From: Malassezia furfur
Taxonomy: Eukaryota
Reading direction: 5' to 3' (one strand)
Length of the DNA: 32,107 nucleotides
NCBI GenBank assembly: GCA_052055015.1
Contig: JBQJIT010000088.1
The notes below the pieces were generated by a model. The model had not been told where the DNA came from and searched no databases. It was given only the letters and a program-made list of their open reading frames with translations. Numbering within the stretch: the first letter of the stretch is position 1; every line of letters starts with the position of its first letter. The translations under genes and the position numbers were made by a program. Positions 1 to 10,512 of this stretch are shown here, one piece after another.

Positions 1-35
1 AAGAAGAAGAAGAAGAAGAAGAAGAAGAAGAAGAA

Positions 36-68
<33 letters not shown>

Positions 69-240
69 AAGGAAGAAGAAGAGGAGAAGGCAGGAGAAGA
101 GGAAAAAGAGGAGGAGGAAGAAGAGAAGGAAGCAGAAGAGGAGGAGGAAGAAGAGGAGGAAGCAGAAGAGGAGGAGGAAGAAGAGGAAGAAGAAGAAGAC
201 GACGACGGAGAAGAGGGGGACGAGGAAGGCGAGGAGGATG
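1..240 (+). repeat. (GAA)n/(GAG)n microsatellite encoding a poly-Glu tract in ULP1
   Basis: About 18 perfect GAA units at 3-56, then degenerate GAA/GAG/GCA units, in frame with ULP1. Confidence 0.9.
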
Positions 241-1916
241 AAGGCGCTAAAGTGTCTGAAGACGCCTTTGATGTTGCTGACTCGGACGATGCAGAAACCG
301 ATGATGCAGAGTCTAGCGAAGAGGACGTCGCGGGCTGGGACGAGGAGATTGTATCCAACCCCAACCGTATCATTTCACGGCCACCCATCTCGGAAGTCGT
401 GGTTATCGACGACTCCGACGACGAACCGTCCTCGACCACCGCCCCTTTGGCGCCTTCGCCCCCACGCGCCCCTTCGCCCTCGCGAAGTGTGTCTCCCACT
501 CATCGTTTTTCTCCGCTCTCTCTTCATGCGCTACGCAAGTCACAGTTCAGCCCCAACTTTGGCTCGGCGCGACAGGGTGATATGCCCAAGCGCCTGTTCC
601 GCATCTCCCCTGCGACCAAGCGCATGGGCTTCCAAGCGCGCGATTCGCGCCACCCTGCTCGCCCGGCGTCGTCGCTGAGTATGCGACGCAAAGCGCCGCT
701 TGGAAACGAGGAGTTTAAGGCGAGCATCCAAAGCCGGCAGCAGGCGCGCATCGCTTCGATGATTTACGAGACTTATCGCGCCATGGCGCACGGCACTAAG
801 TCGCCGGCGGCGTTTGAAGACTTCCAAAGTCTCGTCAAGAAACGCATGCGCGTGCAGCGCCTGCTGGACCTTGAGTCACAGCGCCTGGCGCCGCGCGCGG
901 CGGCCGAGGCCTTCGACGAGCAGGCATATACCCAGCGCACCCTCGACGCACTCCGTGCACGCGAAGCACACGCGCGCGTGCGCCTTCCCCCACCGCGCGT
1001 TCCCGAGGAGGAGCAGTTAGCGCGCGCGCGGGCCGAGCGCGAGAAGCGGCGCGCTGAGCACGGTATTTTGGGCCGTGCGCCGCTACCAACCACGCTACCG
1101 GAGCCCCTTGAGGCCGAGGTGCGCTCCGCATTTCAGCGGCGCGGTGTGATTGCGAGCATGACCGGCGCGCAGGTCGAGGCACATGACCTGGCGAAGCTGC
1201 GCCCTGGCCAGTGGCTCAACGACGAGGTGATCAACTTTTACGGCAATCTCATCATGCAGCGCGCCAACGACGCCGAGGCCGTGCGCCAGCGTGCGCGCGC
1301 GCAGCGTGCCACACTGCCGAGCGACGCATGTGCCTACTGGTCCGTGCATTTTTTCTCGTCCTTCTTTTGGCAAAAACTGCAGAGCAGCGGGTTTGCCGGC
1401 GTGCAGCGCTGGTCGCGCCGCGTGGACCTGTTTACCAAGGACATGATCTTGCTTCCCATTAACCTCGGACAATCGCACTGGGTATGCGCCGCGATCAATC
1501 TGCGTTTGCGCCGCTTTGAGTACTACGACAGCATGGGCATTCCGCGGCCCGCCGTGTTTGGCACGCTGCGTGCCTATCTGCGCGAGGAGCTGCGCGCCAA
1601 GAAGCAGCTAGAACTCGACCTAAGCGACTGGGAGGATTACTTTGCGGGCGATACCTCGCCACAACAGGCCAACGGATACGACTGCGGCGTGTTTGCCATC
1701 CAGACGCTCGAGCAGCTGAGCCGTCGTGACCCCCTGGAGCCGATGCCCGCGCCGCTGAGCGCGTCCGACTTTTGCCAAGCCGCTGATCCCACGGAGCTGC
1801 GCCGCGAACGCCTGCTCCACGCGGACGACTACGCGTGGAACTTTGCGCAGCAGCACATGCCCTACCTGCGCCGCCGCATGGTGCACGAAATCGCATCGAA
1901 GCGGCTGCTCGAATAG
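1..1916 (+). CDS. ULP1: Ulp1/SENP-family SUMO protease (peptidase C48), 5'-truncated, with acidic N-terminal region
   Basis: Frame is open from base 3 (GAA codons) to TAG at 1916. C48 motifs: WLNDEVINFY, FFSSFF, PINLGQSHW (His), YYDSM (Asp), QQANGYDCG (Cys). The start lies upstream of the window. Confidence 0.92.
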
Positions 1917-1921
1917 ATACC

Positions 1922-2387
1922 CTAGTCTTCCCTATCGTACACCAGCCGGATCACCTCAGAACACCCCGAACACGCAAAATATGCCTGCCCATGCGCGATT
2001 TCAGCGGGGGTCACGACGTACTGCTGCCCACACCGGCAGGGGTAGGTCAGTCGCATTGTGTCGCCTTCGCCCTCGACATCCAGTGCATCAACGTCAACCG
2101 AGTCAGCGATGCGCGGCGCACGCGCTTGCTCCGCTTGTGCAAGGTATGTAGCACGGCGCGCCTCGTACGCCGCGTGCAGCGCGGGGTCCCGCAGCGTTTC
2201 ATATGCGGCGTTGATGAGCCGAATGCGCTCGTGCGTATCGGCGTGCGCCGCCTTGTCGGGGTGGTGCTGCGTCAGGCACCCAGAAACGTACCGTACGCGC
2301 CAGACGCAGATACGCTGCACGCATTGTCGCAGCGTCCGCGTCGCGGGCTATGCCCAGGACCGCGTACGCGTCCACTGCGCCGTCCAT
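1922..2387 (-). CDS. DPH4: Diphthamide biosynthesis protein Dph4/Jjj3 (J domain + CSL zinc finger), ~146 aa; exons 2387-2292, 2266-1922
   Basis: Removing a 25-nt intron joins MDGAVDAYAVLG...YLRLART to HHPDK...INAAYETLRDP (HPD motif). C-terminal YPCRCG...CSGCS CSL finger. Confidence 0.9.
2267..2291 (-). other. 25-nt spliceosomal intron in DPH4
   Basis: GTACGT-TTCTGGGTGC-CTGAC-GCAG; removal restores the frame of the J domain. Confidence 0.88.
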
Positions 2388-2464
2388 GCCCGCCGCGCAG
2401 AGGTGGAGGCGTCGGTGCGACCGTCGGGTGGAGGAGCCATGGCTCGCTATGTGCACACGCCTAC

Positions 2465-4381
2465 TTACCACTGGATCTTGGCGGCGTACTCGCGGATGGG
2501 CGAGTGAATTTTTTCCTCAACTTCATGGCCGCGACCGACAGCGACGCGCACCACGACATCGTTGAGGTCGTGCGCACCCAGGATGTCGACGTGATCGCCC
2601 GTCTTGGGCCCACCGCGAAGGTCCATTTCGTCAGGCTGATGCAAAATCTCACGCGTGATGACCTTAATACCGGCCGGGTTATAGCGCTTCATGTTCCACC
2701 CATGCACGCACATTGATCCGAGCGAAATAAGCGACACAGTGCCATCGCCCTCGCCGAGACGGCAGCCGGACTCTACCTTGGGCACCTCGTCCTCGAAGTT
2801 GATGCGCGCATCGATGCGGTTGGTCGGCACATACGGAAAGGCGCTCGTGTAATTGCTGAGGTGTTTGTCCTTTCCGGCATCGGTATGGTTGCCACCAATT
2901 CCGGGCGTATGGTCAGAGTACGCGTTGGGGCCCTTGCGAATCCAGTAGGAGCGCTCGGTCGGTTTTCCCCAGCCGTACACGCAGTAGATCTTGAGGTTAG
3001 GTGCGTTGGGTAGCGCAACCTCGAGGGGGTTCGACCACTTCGTCTGGTCCTTGTTGTTACGCTCGATTTGTTTGGGGTCTCGCTCGATGCCGTTGGAGTA
3101 ATTGGTCTTAACCATTTTCTGGAAGTCACTGGGGGCGTGCTGCATCAGCCACGGCAACGCCTGGTCCGCGGTAAATTTCTCGCTCTTGGCTGACTGCGAC
3201 GACTCCGGCGGATGGGCGTCCTCGGACACATTTCCGCGCGCGGCATACTCGTAGATGTGCGACTGCGTCACCTGCGCATCCGGGCGGTCGTCTGGCGCAC
3301 CCGTGTCATTACCCCACACGGCGTCGCCGCCCTTGATCAACATGCTGGCGCTCCCTGCCCATGAACGGAAGAGCGCGGCGCGCTCGTTTGAGCTAAAGAA
3401 GCGCTCGAGCAGGTACGAGAGAAGCGGCGGCACCTGGACCGTATCGCGCATCTCGCCTGTGAGCAGCGCGGCCATCGCCTTGGGCACACCCAGCATGGTG
3501 CCAGCAATGTTGATGAAGCCCTCAATGTGCTGGTCGATCCACGCGGCGCCGGCCTCCTGCTCAACCCACTTGAGGAAGTAAAGGGCAACGGTGGAGCCCA
3601 TGCTGTGCGCGCACAGCACCGTCTTTTCGCCCGACACCTTACTACTGAGCTCGATTTGCGTCTTGACCTGGGTGAAGAAGTGGTCGCGTTCCTCCAAGTT
3701 GTACATGCTCAGGCGCCAGTCATAGGCAGCCAGATAGATCATGTTGATGTCGTAACCGACCGCTGCGAGGTTCTGGATGATCTTACTCCAGATCCAGTAG
3801 CCCGCGGCAAAGTAGCTCGCGGCATCCAGACCCTTGGCGGCTCGCACTCGCACGCCGGGTGGGTCGAGGCCCGTGACGGTGTCGAGGGAGAGATGCTTGA
3901 CCCATTTTTCCTTGTCGAATAGGACATTGCGGATCATGGACGTCGACCCCCAGAGACGCTTGCGGAAGTACGCGGCCTCGTCCTCTGACGTCGTCCACGA
4001 CTCGAGGCCGGTGCTGACGATGCCGGGCATGAGGATCATGGGATGCTTTGGCTTGGCGCCCTCGGCGGCAAGCGAACGGCCGACCTGGAAGTCGAGCGTT
4101 TCGAACCAGCGGCGTGAGTCAGAGAACAGCTTGTCAAAGTGCTCCTTGACATCTGCGGGAAGCATCGAGTCGTACTTGAGTCCCTCAAAATTGAACTCTG
4201 GCAGCTGATAGTCAAACGCGTCAAGCAGGTCGGACATGCGCCTGGACATGCTCATATCACGGCTCACTAGGTATGATACGAGAGGTATTATGACGGTGAC
4301 GAGCACCACGACCACCTTCCAGGGTGTTATTCGCCGCCATGCGGGCGTGTCCGACCGTGCCTTGCTCGCCTGCTGCACCAT
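2465..4381 (-). CDS. LRO1: Phospholipid:diacylglycerol acyltransferase (LCAT/PDAT family), 638 aa
   Basis: N-terminal TM segment; PGIVSTGLESW, FRKRLWG, GYWIWSKII, AYDWRL, AHSMG nucleophile motif, GDGTV, HVDILG. Confidence 0.95.
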   Translation of the reverse strand: MVQQASKARSDTPAWRRITPWKVVVVLVTVIIPLVSYLVSRDMSMSRRMSDLLDAFDYQLPEFNFEGLKYDSMLPADVKEHFDKLFSDSRRWFETLDFQVGRSLAAEGAKPKHPMILMPGIVSTGLESWTTSEDEAAYFRKRLWGSTSMIRNVLFDKEKWVKHLSLDTVTGLDPPGVRVRAAKGLDAASYFAAGYWIWSKIIQNLAAVGYDINMIYLAAYDWRLSMYNLEERDHFFTQVKTQIELSSKVSGEKTVLCAHSMGSTVALYFLKWVEQEAGAAWIDQHIEGFINIAGTMLGVPKAMAALLTGEMRDTVQVPPLLSYLLERFFSSNERAALFRSWAGSASMLIKGGDAVWGNDTGAPDDRPDAQVTQSHIYEYAARGNVSEDAHPPESSQSAKSEKFTADQALPWLMQHAPSDFQKMVKTNYSNGIERDPKQIERNNKDQTKWSNPLEVALPNAPNLKIYCVYGWGKPTERSYWIRKGPNAYSDHTPGIGGNHTDAGKDKHLSNYTSAFPYVPTNRIDARINFEDEVPKVESGCRLGEGDGTVSLISLGSMCVHGWNMKRYNPAGIKVITREILHQPDEMDLRGGPKTGDHVDILGAHDLNDVVVRVAVGRGHEVEEKIHSPIREYAAKIQW

Positions 4382-4402
4382 CGAAGGCTCTAAAGTGGAG
4401 GT

Positions 4403-5528
4403 CTATCGCGTAAAAATGGTCACGACGTCGTCGTTGGCCACCACGTGGTTGAGCCCTACTTTTTGGGCCGAGGGGAACTTGCTCGATTTGCCGTACACGG
4501 ACGCGTACGCAAACTTGTCCACGAGCGCACGGTGCACGCCGTGACACACGTGCTCGATGGTGGCGCCTTTGCGCACGACGATCGGGTCGGTGAGGTCAGG
4601 GTGCTCGCCACGCTTCTTGGTATAGATGCGGTTCAGTGAGAGCTCTTCCCATATCCGGTCGATGAGGTAGTCGAGGTTCAGGTTGAGCTCGCAGCTGATC
4701 ACGACATTGCTTGGCTGGCTCGCGAGGCGCTCCATCTCTTCCATGCTGATGCGGTCGATCTTATTGTACACATAGAGGCAAGGCACGTACTTGCGGTTGC
4801 CAAGCACCACATCAATAAATTGGTCCACAGTGATGTCTTCGCGGATCATCACGTCACAATTATGGATTTTGTAGCCTTGCAGAATGGTGCGGATCATTTT
4901 CTCGTCGATCTTGGTGAGGGTGAGGCCCATGGCCTTGGTGATCACGATCCCGCCACCCGACTTCTTCTTGAGCTGCACGTCCGGTTTGGTCTGGTTCAGA
5001 CGGATGCCGACGTCCTCCAACTCCTTTTCGAGGAGTGGGCGCTGCTGCGCCGACTTGGTTGCGTCGAGCATCATAAGTACAAGGTCAGCCGTCTTGGCAA
5101 CGCTAACCACCTGGCGACCACGACCGCGGCCCTGCGCGGCGCCCTCAATGATCCCCGGCAAGTCGAGGATCTGAATCCGAGCACCCTCGTACTCGAGGAC
5201 GCCCGGAATGGCCGTCAGCGTGGTATACTCATACGCTGCTGCAGCGCTCTCGGTATCGGTAATGGTGTTGAGCAGTGTCGACTTGCCCACAGATGGGAAG
5301 CCGATGAGCACGACACGGGCGTTGCCCGACTTCATCACATCGAAGCCTTCGCCCGGCTTGCCCGACTTTTTGTCGGGCTCAAGCAACTGCATTCGGAGCT
5401 TGGCGAGCTTCGCACGCAGGTTCCCGATATGATACCTGGGTCAGTTGTATGACATACTCGGTCGCCTTGTTCTTCTGCGTGCGAGCCATTTCATGCTCGA
5501 TCTCCTTAATCTTTTCGACGACCCCCAT
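4403..5528 (-). CDS. RBG2: Developmentally regulated GTPase DRG2/Rbg2, ~367 aa; exons 5528-5458, 5435-4403
   Basis: MGVVEKIKEIEHEMARTQKNKATE joins YHIGNLRAKLAK across a 22-nt intron. GFPSVGKS, DLPGIIEGA, NKID motifs and C-terminal TGS domain. Confidence 0.95.
5436..5457 (-). other. 22-nt spliceosomal intron in RBG2
   Basis: GTATGT-CATACAA-CTGAC-CCAG; removal restores the conserved NKATEYH motif and the frame. Confidence 0.93.
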
Positions 5529-5623
5529 GGTGACGTTCGTGAGCCAGGGACCGCTCAGGGACAGCGCGGCACGTGACGTGCGCGTCGCGTTGCGCATCAA
5601 CACCCGCACGTTTCCGTCTCGCG

Positions 5624-7685
5624 ATGAGCTCGAGTGGATACCGCAGTTCGCCGCAGAGTGATACGCGCAAGCGCCAGACGCGGCGCGATGAGGTGCGTGT
5701 GCATACTGACGCAGGCCATCCGCAAGCGGATCGAGGGTGAGCTGAGCCGCAAGGCGGGCAAGCCTGCGACGCCGACGCAGCAGCGGCGCCGGAACCCCAT
5801 GACGGCGGGCACCGTGTCGGCGCTGCGTCCGCTGCCGGCGCTCACGGTGCCTCAGTCGATGAGTATAACGGATGCAAGCCAGCTGTGCGCGGCGAAGCGG
5901 ACCGACTGCGTGCTGGTGGTCGACGACGACGAGCACCTGGCGGGCATCTTCACGGCCAAGGACCTCGCGTACCGGATCGTTGCCGAGGGCCTCGACCCGC
6001 GCATGACGCCCGTGAGTGCAATCATGACCACGTCTCCGCTCGTGACGCGCGACACGACCAACGCCACCGAGGCACTTAACACCATGGTCATGCGCGGCTT
6101 CCGTCACCTGCCCGTTTGCAACGAGGAGGGTGACGTAGTCGGCCTGCTGGACATTGCCAAGGTGTTCTATGAGGCGCTTGAGAAACTTGAGCGTGCGCAC
6201 GGCTCTTCACAGAAGCTCTATACCGCGCTTGAGGGCGTGCAGAGCGAATGGGGCGGCAAGGCTGCTGGGCCGCAGCAGGCCATGATGCAGTACGTCGAGA
6301 CGTTGCGTGAGCGCATGAGTATGCCGGACCTCGCGTCGATCCTTGACTCGCGCACGTTGCCTGTCACGGTGGGCGTGCGCACGAGCGTGCGCGACGCAGC
6401 CCGGCTCATGAAAGAGTACCGCACGACGGCGGTGTGTGTGATGGAGAACCCGTCCAATTCAATGACCAATGCGCCCTCCGGCCAGGGCATCGTTACGGGC
6501 AAGATTGCCGGCATCTTTACGAGCAAAGACGTGGTGTTGCGCGTGATTGCCGCTGGGCTTGACCCCAAGACGTGTAGTGTGATCCGAGTGATGACCCCGC
6601 ACCCGGACACTGGCGCCCCCTCGCTGAGCATTCAAGAGGCGCTGCGGAAGATGCACGATGGGCGCTACCTGAACCTGCCCGTGATGGATGTGGACGCGCG
6701 CCTCGTCGGTGTGGTGGACGTGCTCAAGCTGACCTATGCGACGCTTGAGCAGATCAACAGCATGAGCGACGACGGCGAAGGCACCGGCGGCCCGATGTGG
6801 TCGCGCTTCTGGAACAGCTTTGGCCAGGGCACAGCGACTACGGACGACGGGAGTGCGGTGAGTGGCTCGCAGCGCCTGCCCGACTCGCAGCTGTCGCCGC
6901 AGACGGGTGCAGTGGATCTGTCCTCGGACGTACACCCGAACGACAGTGCGAGTGCCGTTGGCGGCGTGCTACAGGACGGCCAGTCGGCCTCGCTCGACGC
7001 GGCCGACGATGGCACGTATTTGTTCAAGTTTGTTACGCCGAGCGGGCGCGTGCACCGCTTCCAGGCGCGCTACGACAACTTTGACACGATCCGCGAAATT
7101 GTTTCGATCAAGCTCGCCGGGGATCCCTTCTTCCTGGATACTTCCGCAGGTGCGTCCCAGGTTGCGTCGCCGCCGGGTCCTCCGACGTTCGACGACGACG
7201 ATCGTTTGCCCATGCCGATATTTACACCGCCGCCGCCTACAGGTCCCCGTGTGAATCCGCCCGAGCTCGAGGATTACCATCTGGCGTACAAGGACGACGA
7301 GGACGATCTCGTGCTGATTACAGCAGACAGCGACGTTCAGGACGCCGTAGCGGTCGCCAAGCACCAGGGCAAGGACCGCGTGCTGCTCGTTCTGCATGGC
7401 GGCAAGTCTTGGGAGGAGGCCGCGAGCCGCTCGAGTGCGTACAGCGACTATGCGCAGTCCGCTGCGTCGCTTGCTTCGGCGCACCGCCAAAAGCACCGCA
7501 CGCCTACCGACGCGCCGGCGCGCGCCGCGGCAAGCGAGGTGCCGGGCGTGCCCAAGGCGACCGAAGGCAACAGCGACCTGTTGTTTGGCGTGATTCCCAA
7601 AGATTTGGCGCTGCCCGCCGCGATCAGCTTCTTGGGCGTGGCGGTGATTGGGGCCGTGGCGATGACGCGGCTCAGCGCGCGCTAG
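5624..7685 (+). CDS. CBS-domain (4x) + PB1 protein with C-terminal TM anchor (Mug70-like), ~679 aa; exons 5624-5692, 5715-7685
   Basis: Two CBS pairs (GIFTAKDL, GFRHLPV, GIFTSKDV, YLNLPV). PB1 with FKFVTPSGRVHRF and acidic YKDDEDDLVLI. Hydrophobic tail. Spliced N-terminus reads RKRQTRRDE|AIRKRIE. Confidence 0.88.
5693..5714 (+). other. 22-nt spliceosomal intron in the CBS-PB1 gene
   Basis: GTGCGT-GTGCATA-CTGAC-GCAG; links ATG 5624 in frame to the main ORF. Confidence 0.85.
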
Positions 7686-7847
7686 GTGACACACACCCTT
7701 GTTTTTGTATCGTACCGAGTAGGTTGTGGCACGGTGGGTAGCGATGTAGCGATGCGTGCCTTGGTCACAAACGATTGTGCCTCGCGGGACGGCAGCGCAG
7801 GGTGCGCCTCGGCCTCAGCGTTCCATGGACTAGTGACTATGGGTGCC

Positions 7848-9119
7848 TTACGCGTCGTACAGGTCGGCGAGCATGCGCGAGATGACGAGGCGCTGGATCT
7901 GCGACGTACCCTCGTACAGCTCAAAGATCTTGGCGTCACGGTACAGCTTCTCCACGGCGCTCTCCGAGTTGAAGCCGAGACCACCGTAGATCTGTACGGC
8001 CTGGTCGGCGTTTGACACGGCGGCGCGCGAGGCCAGAAGCTTGGCCATGCTCGCGTAGAAGCTGTTGCGCTCGCCCTTGTCCTTCATCCACGATGCCTTG
8101 TACACCAACAGACGCGCCGCCTCCACGGCCGACTGCATGTCGGCCAGCATGAAGGCCACAGCCTGGTGGTTGATGATGGGCTTGCCCATCGTCTTGCGCT
8201 CCTTGGCGTACACGGTAGCCTCGTAGAGCGCACGCTGCGCCACACCGACGGCACCCGACGCAACGAGCGGGCGCGTAATGTCAAACGCACCCATCGCGAT
8301 CTTGAAACCGTCACCGACCGAGCCAAGCAGGTTCTCCTCAGGGACCTCGACGTCCTCAAACGTCACCATGCGCGTGTCTGAGCAGCGCTGGCCCATGTTG
8401 ATCTCCTTCTTGCCGCGGATCACGCCCTTGGCATCACCGTCCACAATGAAGCCGGACAGCGCCTTGTGGGGGCGCTCGTCGGGGTTCGTCTTGGCGAGCA
8501 CAAAGAACCAGTTCGCGTAGCCGGCGTTGGTGATCCACATCTTAGTACCGTTGAGGATCCACTTGTCGCCCTTCTTCAACGCACGCGTCTGGATGTTGGC
8601 CACGTCCGAGCCCGCACCCGGCTCGGTCACACCGTACGAGGCCACAAGCGGCTCCTCGGTCATACGACCAAGGTACTTGGCCTTCTGACGATCGTTACCG
8701 GCCACCAGGAGGGGGGCCTCGGCCAGACCGTTGGCCTCAATCGCAGTCTGGATACCCGAGCAGCCGAACGCCAGCTCCTCGGAAATCAGCGCACACTCCA
8801 TCAGGCCGAGACCAATACCGCCATACGCCTCGGGGATGTGCGTGTTGATCAGGCCTACCTCGTGCGCCTTCTTGATCACCTCCCACGGGTACTCCATCGA
8901 CTTGTCGTACTTGGAGGCCACGGGTGTGATGTTATCACGCGTGAACTTGCGAGCCAGCTCCTGGTATGCGTGCTGGTCGCCGCTCAGCTCAAAGCTGATA
9001 TCCTTCGCAACGGCCGACTGAGAAAACAGACGCGCAGCCGCAGGCGCAGTGCTGCGCGATGCACGGACAGCACTGGCAGCCTGGGAGGCAAGAGGAATCG
9101 AGCGCTTCGCAAGGAACAT
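7848..9119 (-). CDS. Mitochondrial medium-chain-type acyl-CoA dehydrogenase, ~423 aa
   Basis: Arg/Ser/Ala-rich presequence ([10 protein letters not shown]...); [41 protein letters not shown] (catalytic Glu at the MCAD position). Confidence 0.93.
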   Translation of the reverse strand: MFLAKRSIPLASQAASAVRASRSTAPAAARLFSQSAVAKDISFELSGDQHAYQELARKFTRDNITPVASKYDKSMEYPWEVIKKAHEVGLINTHIPEAYGGIGLGLMECALISEELAFGCSGIQTAIEANGLAEAPLLVAGNDRQKAKYLGRMTEEPLVASYGVTEPGAGSDVANIQTRALKKGDKWILNGTKMWITNAGYANWFFVLAKTNPDERPHKALSGFIVDGDAKGVIRGKKEINMGQRCSDTRMVTFEDVEVPEENLLGSVGDGFKIAMGAFDITRPLVASGAVGVAQRALYEATVYAKERKTMGKPIINHQAVAFMLADMQSAVEAARLLVYKASWMKDKGERNSFYASMAKLLASRAAVSNADQAVQIYGGLGFNSESAVEKLYRDAKIFELYEGTSQIQRLVISRMLADLYDA

Positions 9120-9436
9120 GATGGCAGATGCAACGCAGGAATCTACCGGCACTCACGTCCGGCGGGGTGACATTCGGCCGAGACACGACTCCGGACCGGT
9201 GCGGAAGCCTGGGGAATGTGTGCACGGGCCAAACGACACAGATCTCCCTGCGGCATTTGCCGAGTCCGATGGCATCCACGTCGCCTTGTCGCCCTCGTGA
9301 TGCCGAGGAGTTCACCTGCATCGCAATGCTCCAAGCTTCCTTTCCAGAAATTGTCTAACATTTCGTTCCAAACACAACGTATATACTAATGCTACAATCG
9401 GCGGCCAGCGCGCAACTGCGACAGAAACTCTATCGT

Positions 9437-9859
9437 CTATTGGTGAATCGTAAACTTGGGCGAAGCATTGCCCGAGTCACCGAAAAGTACAACAACGTAG
9501 TCCTCACGCGCCTCCAAATCCTTGGGGAGCGTAAACGACACGTTGCCGGCGCCCAGCTTGAAGTTCTTGGCCAGCGTCTGGTTCAGGTGCTCATTGAGCG
9601 AGTTTCCGTCCACATGCCCGAGCTTGATGAAGCTCTTCGTCTTCTTCGCCTCGGCAGGCAAGTGTTCGGTTTCCCAAGCAACGTGCACCTTGTGACCAGC
9701 CGTCCACTGAGTCTTGTTCGTCGGGTAGGTAATCTTTGGCGCATACACCATGCGAGCCTCGAGCGCGCCATTTTGCGCGGGCACGGCAACGCCCAGGGCA
9801 TTGCCAGCGCTCAGAGCAAAGGTGGCAGCGACAGCGAGGAGGGAAGTAATGCGAACCAT
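9437..9859 (-). CDS. Small secreted protein, 140 aa (resembles the Kre9/Knh1-N 'GPI-anchored' beta-sandwich domain)
   Basis: Signal peptide MVRITSLLAVAATFALSAG, possible propeptide ending LEAR, then PKITYP..W.AG....V.W and YVVVLFGDSGNASPKFTI. Family assignment from memory. Confidence 0.75.
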   Translation of the reverse strand: MVRITSLLAVAATFALSAGNALGVAVPAQNGALEARMVYAPKITYPTNKTQWTAGHKVHVAWETEHLPAEAKKTKSFIKLGHVDGNSLNEHLNQTLAKNFKLGAGNVSFTLPKDLEAREDYVVVLFGDSGNASPKFTIHQ

Positions 9860-10218
9860 GGTAAAGGGCAGTTTCGATGGCGGAACACGTTCAACGACAG
9901 GCACTTTAAGTACTTTACCGCGGTGGCGCACGGAGGACCTGACCGGACGAAATTGTCGAACTGGGCGCTGTCGCCTGCCTAGAACGTCACGGAACGAATC
10001 TCTTTTGATTGGTCGGCTGAAGTTTAGGAAATAATTTATATCCAATCACAGCGTGCGTAGAGCTTAAGTTGGCCTGTAATCGAGTGCACGTTGGCGCAGT
10101 CCCCTCGCACAGGGCAGCCTGTAGTTCGCTTGGCAAGTGCACCCAATCAACCCAAACGGCCTAGTGCGGAGAAGTGACTGTGGCTGTGGGACCGATTCCT
10201 CTCCGTACAGCAGACTGC

Positions 10219-10512
10219 ATGAATCGAACTCCTCCTCGCAGCGATGTCGGCGAGAGGCGATGCGGACTACGCCGAAAAGGTACGACCCTCGCACGGACGT
10301 ATGAATGGATCGGTTGTATCGTATTGGCACTGGCGCTCTATGGACTCCTAGGGGGGTGGGAGGCGATGCGGGGCGGTACAGCCGGATCCTACGAGGTAGT
10401 CTGGCTTACATTTCCCATCAGCCTTGCCTACTGGTTTCCCCTCCTGATTCCGTTCTCAACCTACATTGTCATTGCGCGGTGGACCGGCGTCACGATGTTC
10501 CGCCATTCGTGA
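10219..10512 (+). CDS. PIG-Y-like subunit of the GPI-GlcNAc transferase, 97 aa
   Basis: Two hydrophobic segments; C-terminus YWFPLLIP...IARWTGVTMFRHS resembles the PIG-Y family ending (W.G..FRH[NS]). Confidence 0.7.
   Translation: MNRTPPRSDVGERRCGLRRKGTTLARTYEWIGCIVLALALYGLLGGWEAMRGGTAGSYEVVWLTFPISLAYWFPLLIPFSTYIVIARWTGVTMFRHS

Noticed and set aside
5379..5460. Apparent frameshifts or pseudogenes in RBG2, DPH4, BLM10, ALR1 and the SUR7-like gene
   Set aside because: Each break is explained exactly by a canonical GT...CTRAC...AG micro-intron.
10070..10130. GCCTGTAATC / GCCTGTAGT, reminiscent of the SRP/Alu domain
   Set aside because: No SRP helix-8 motif or Pol III terminator at a suitable distance; the region reads as a divergent promoter with CCAAT boxes.
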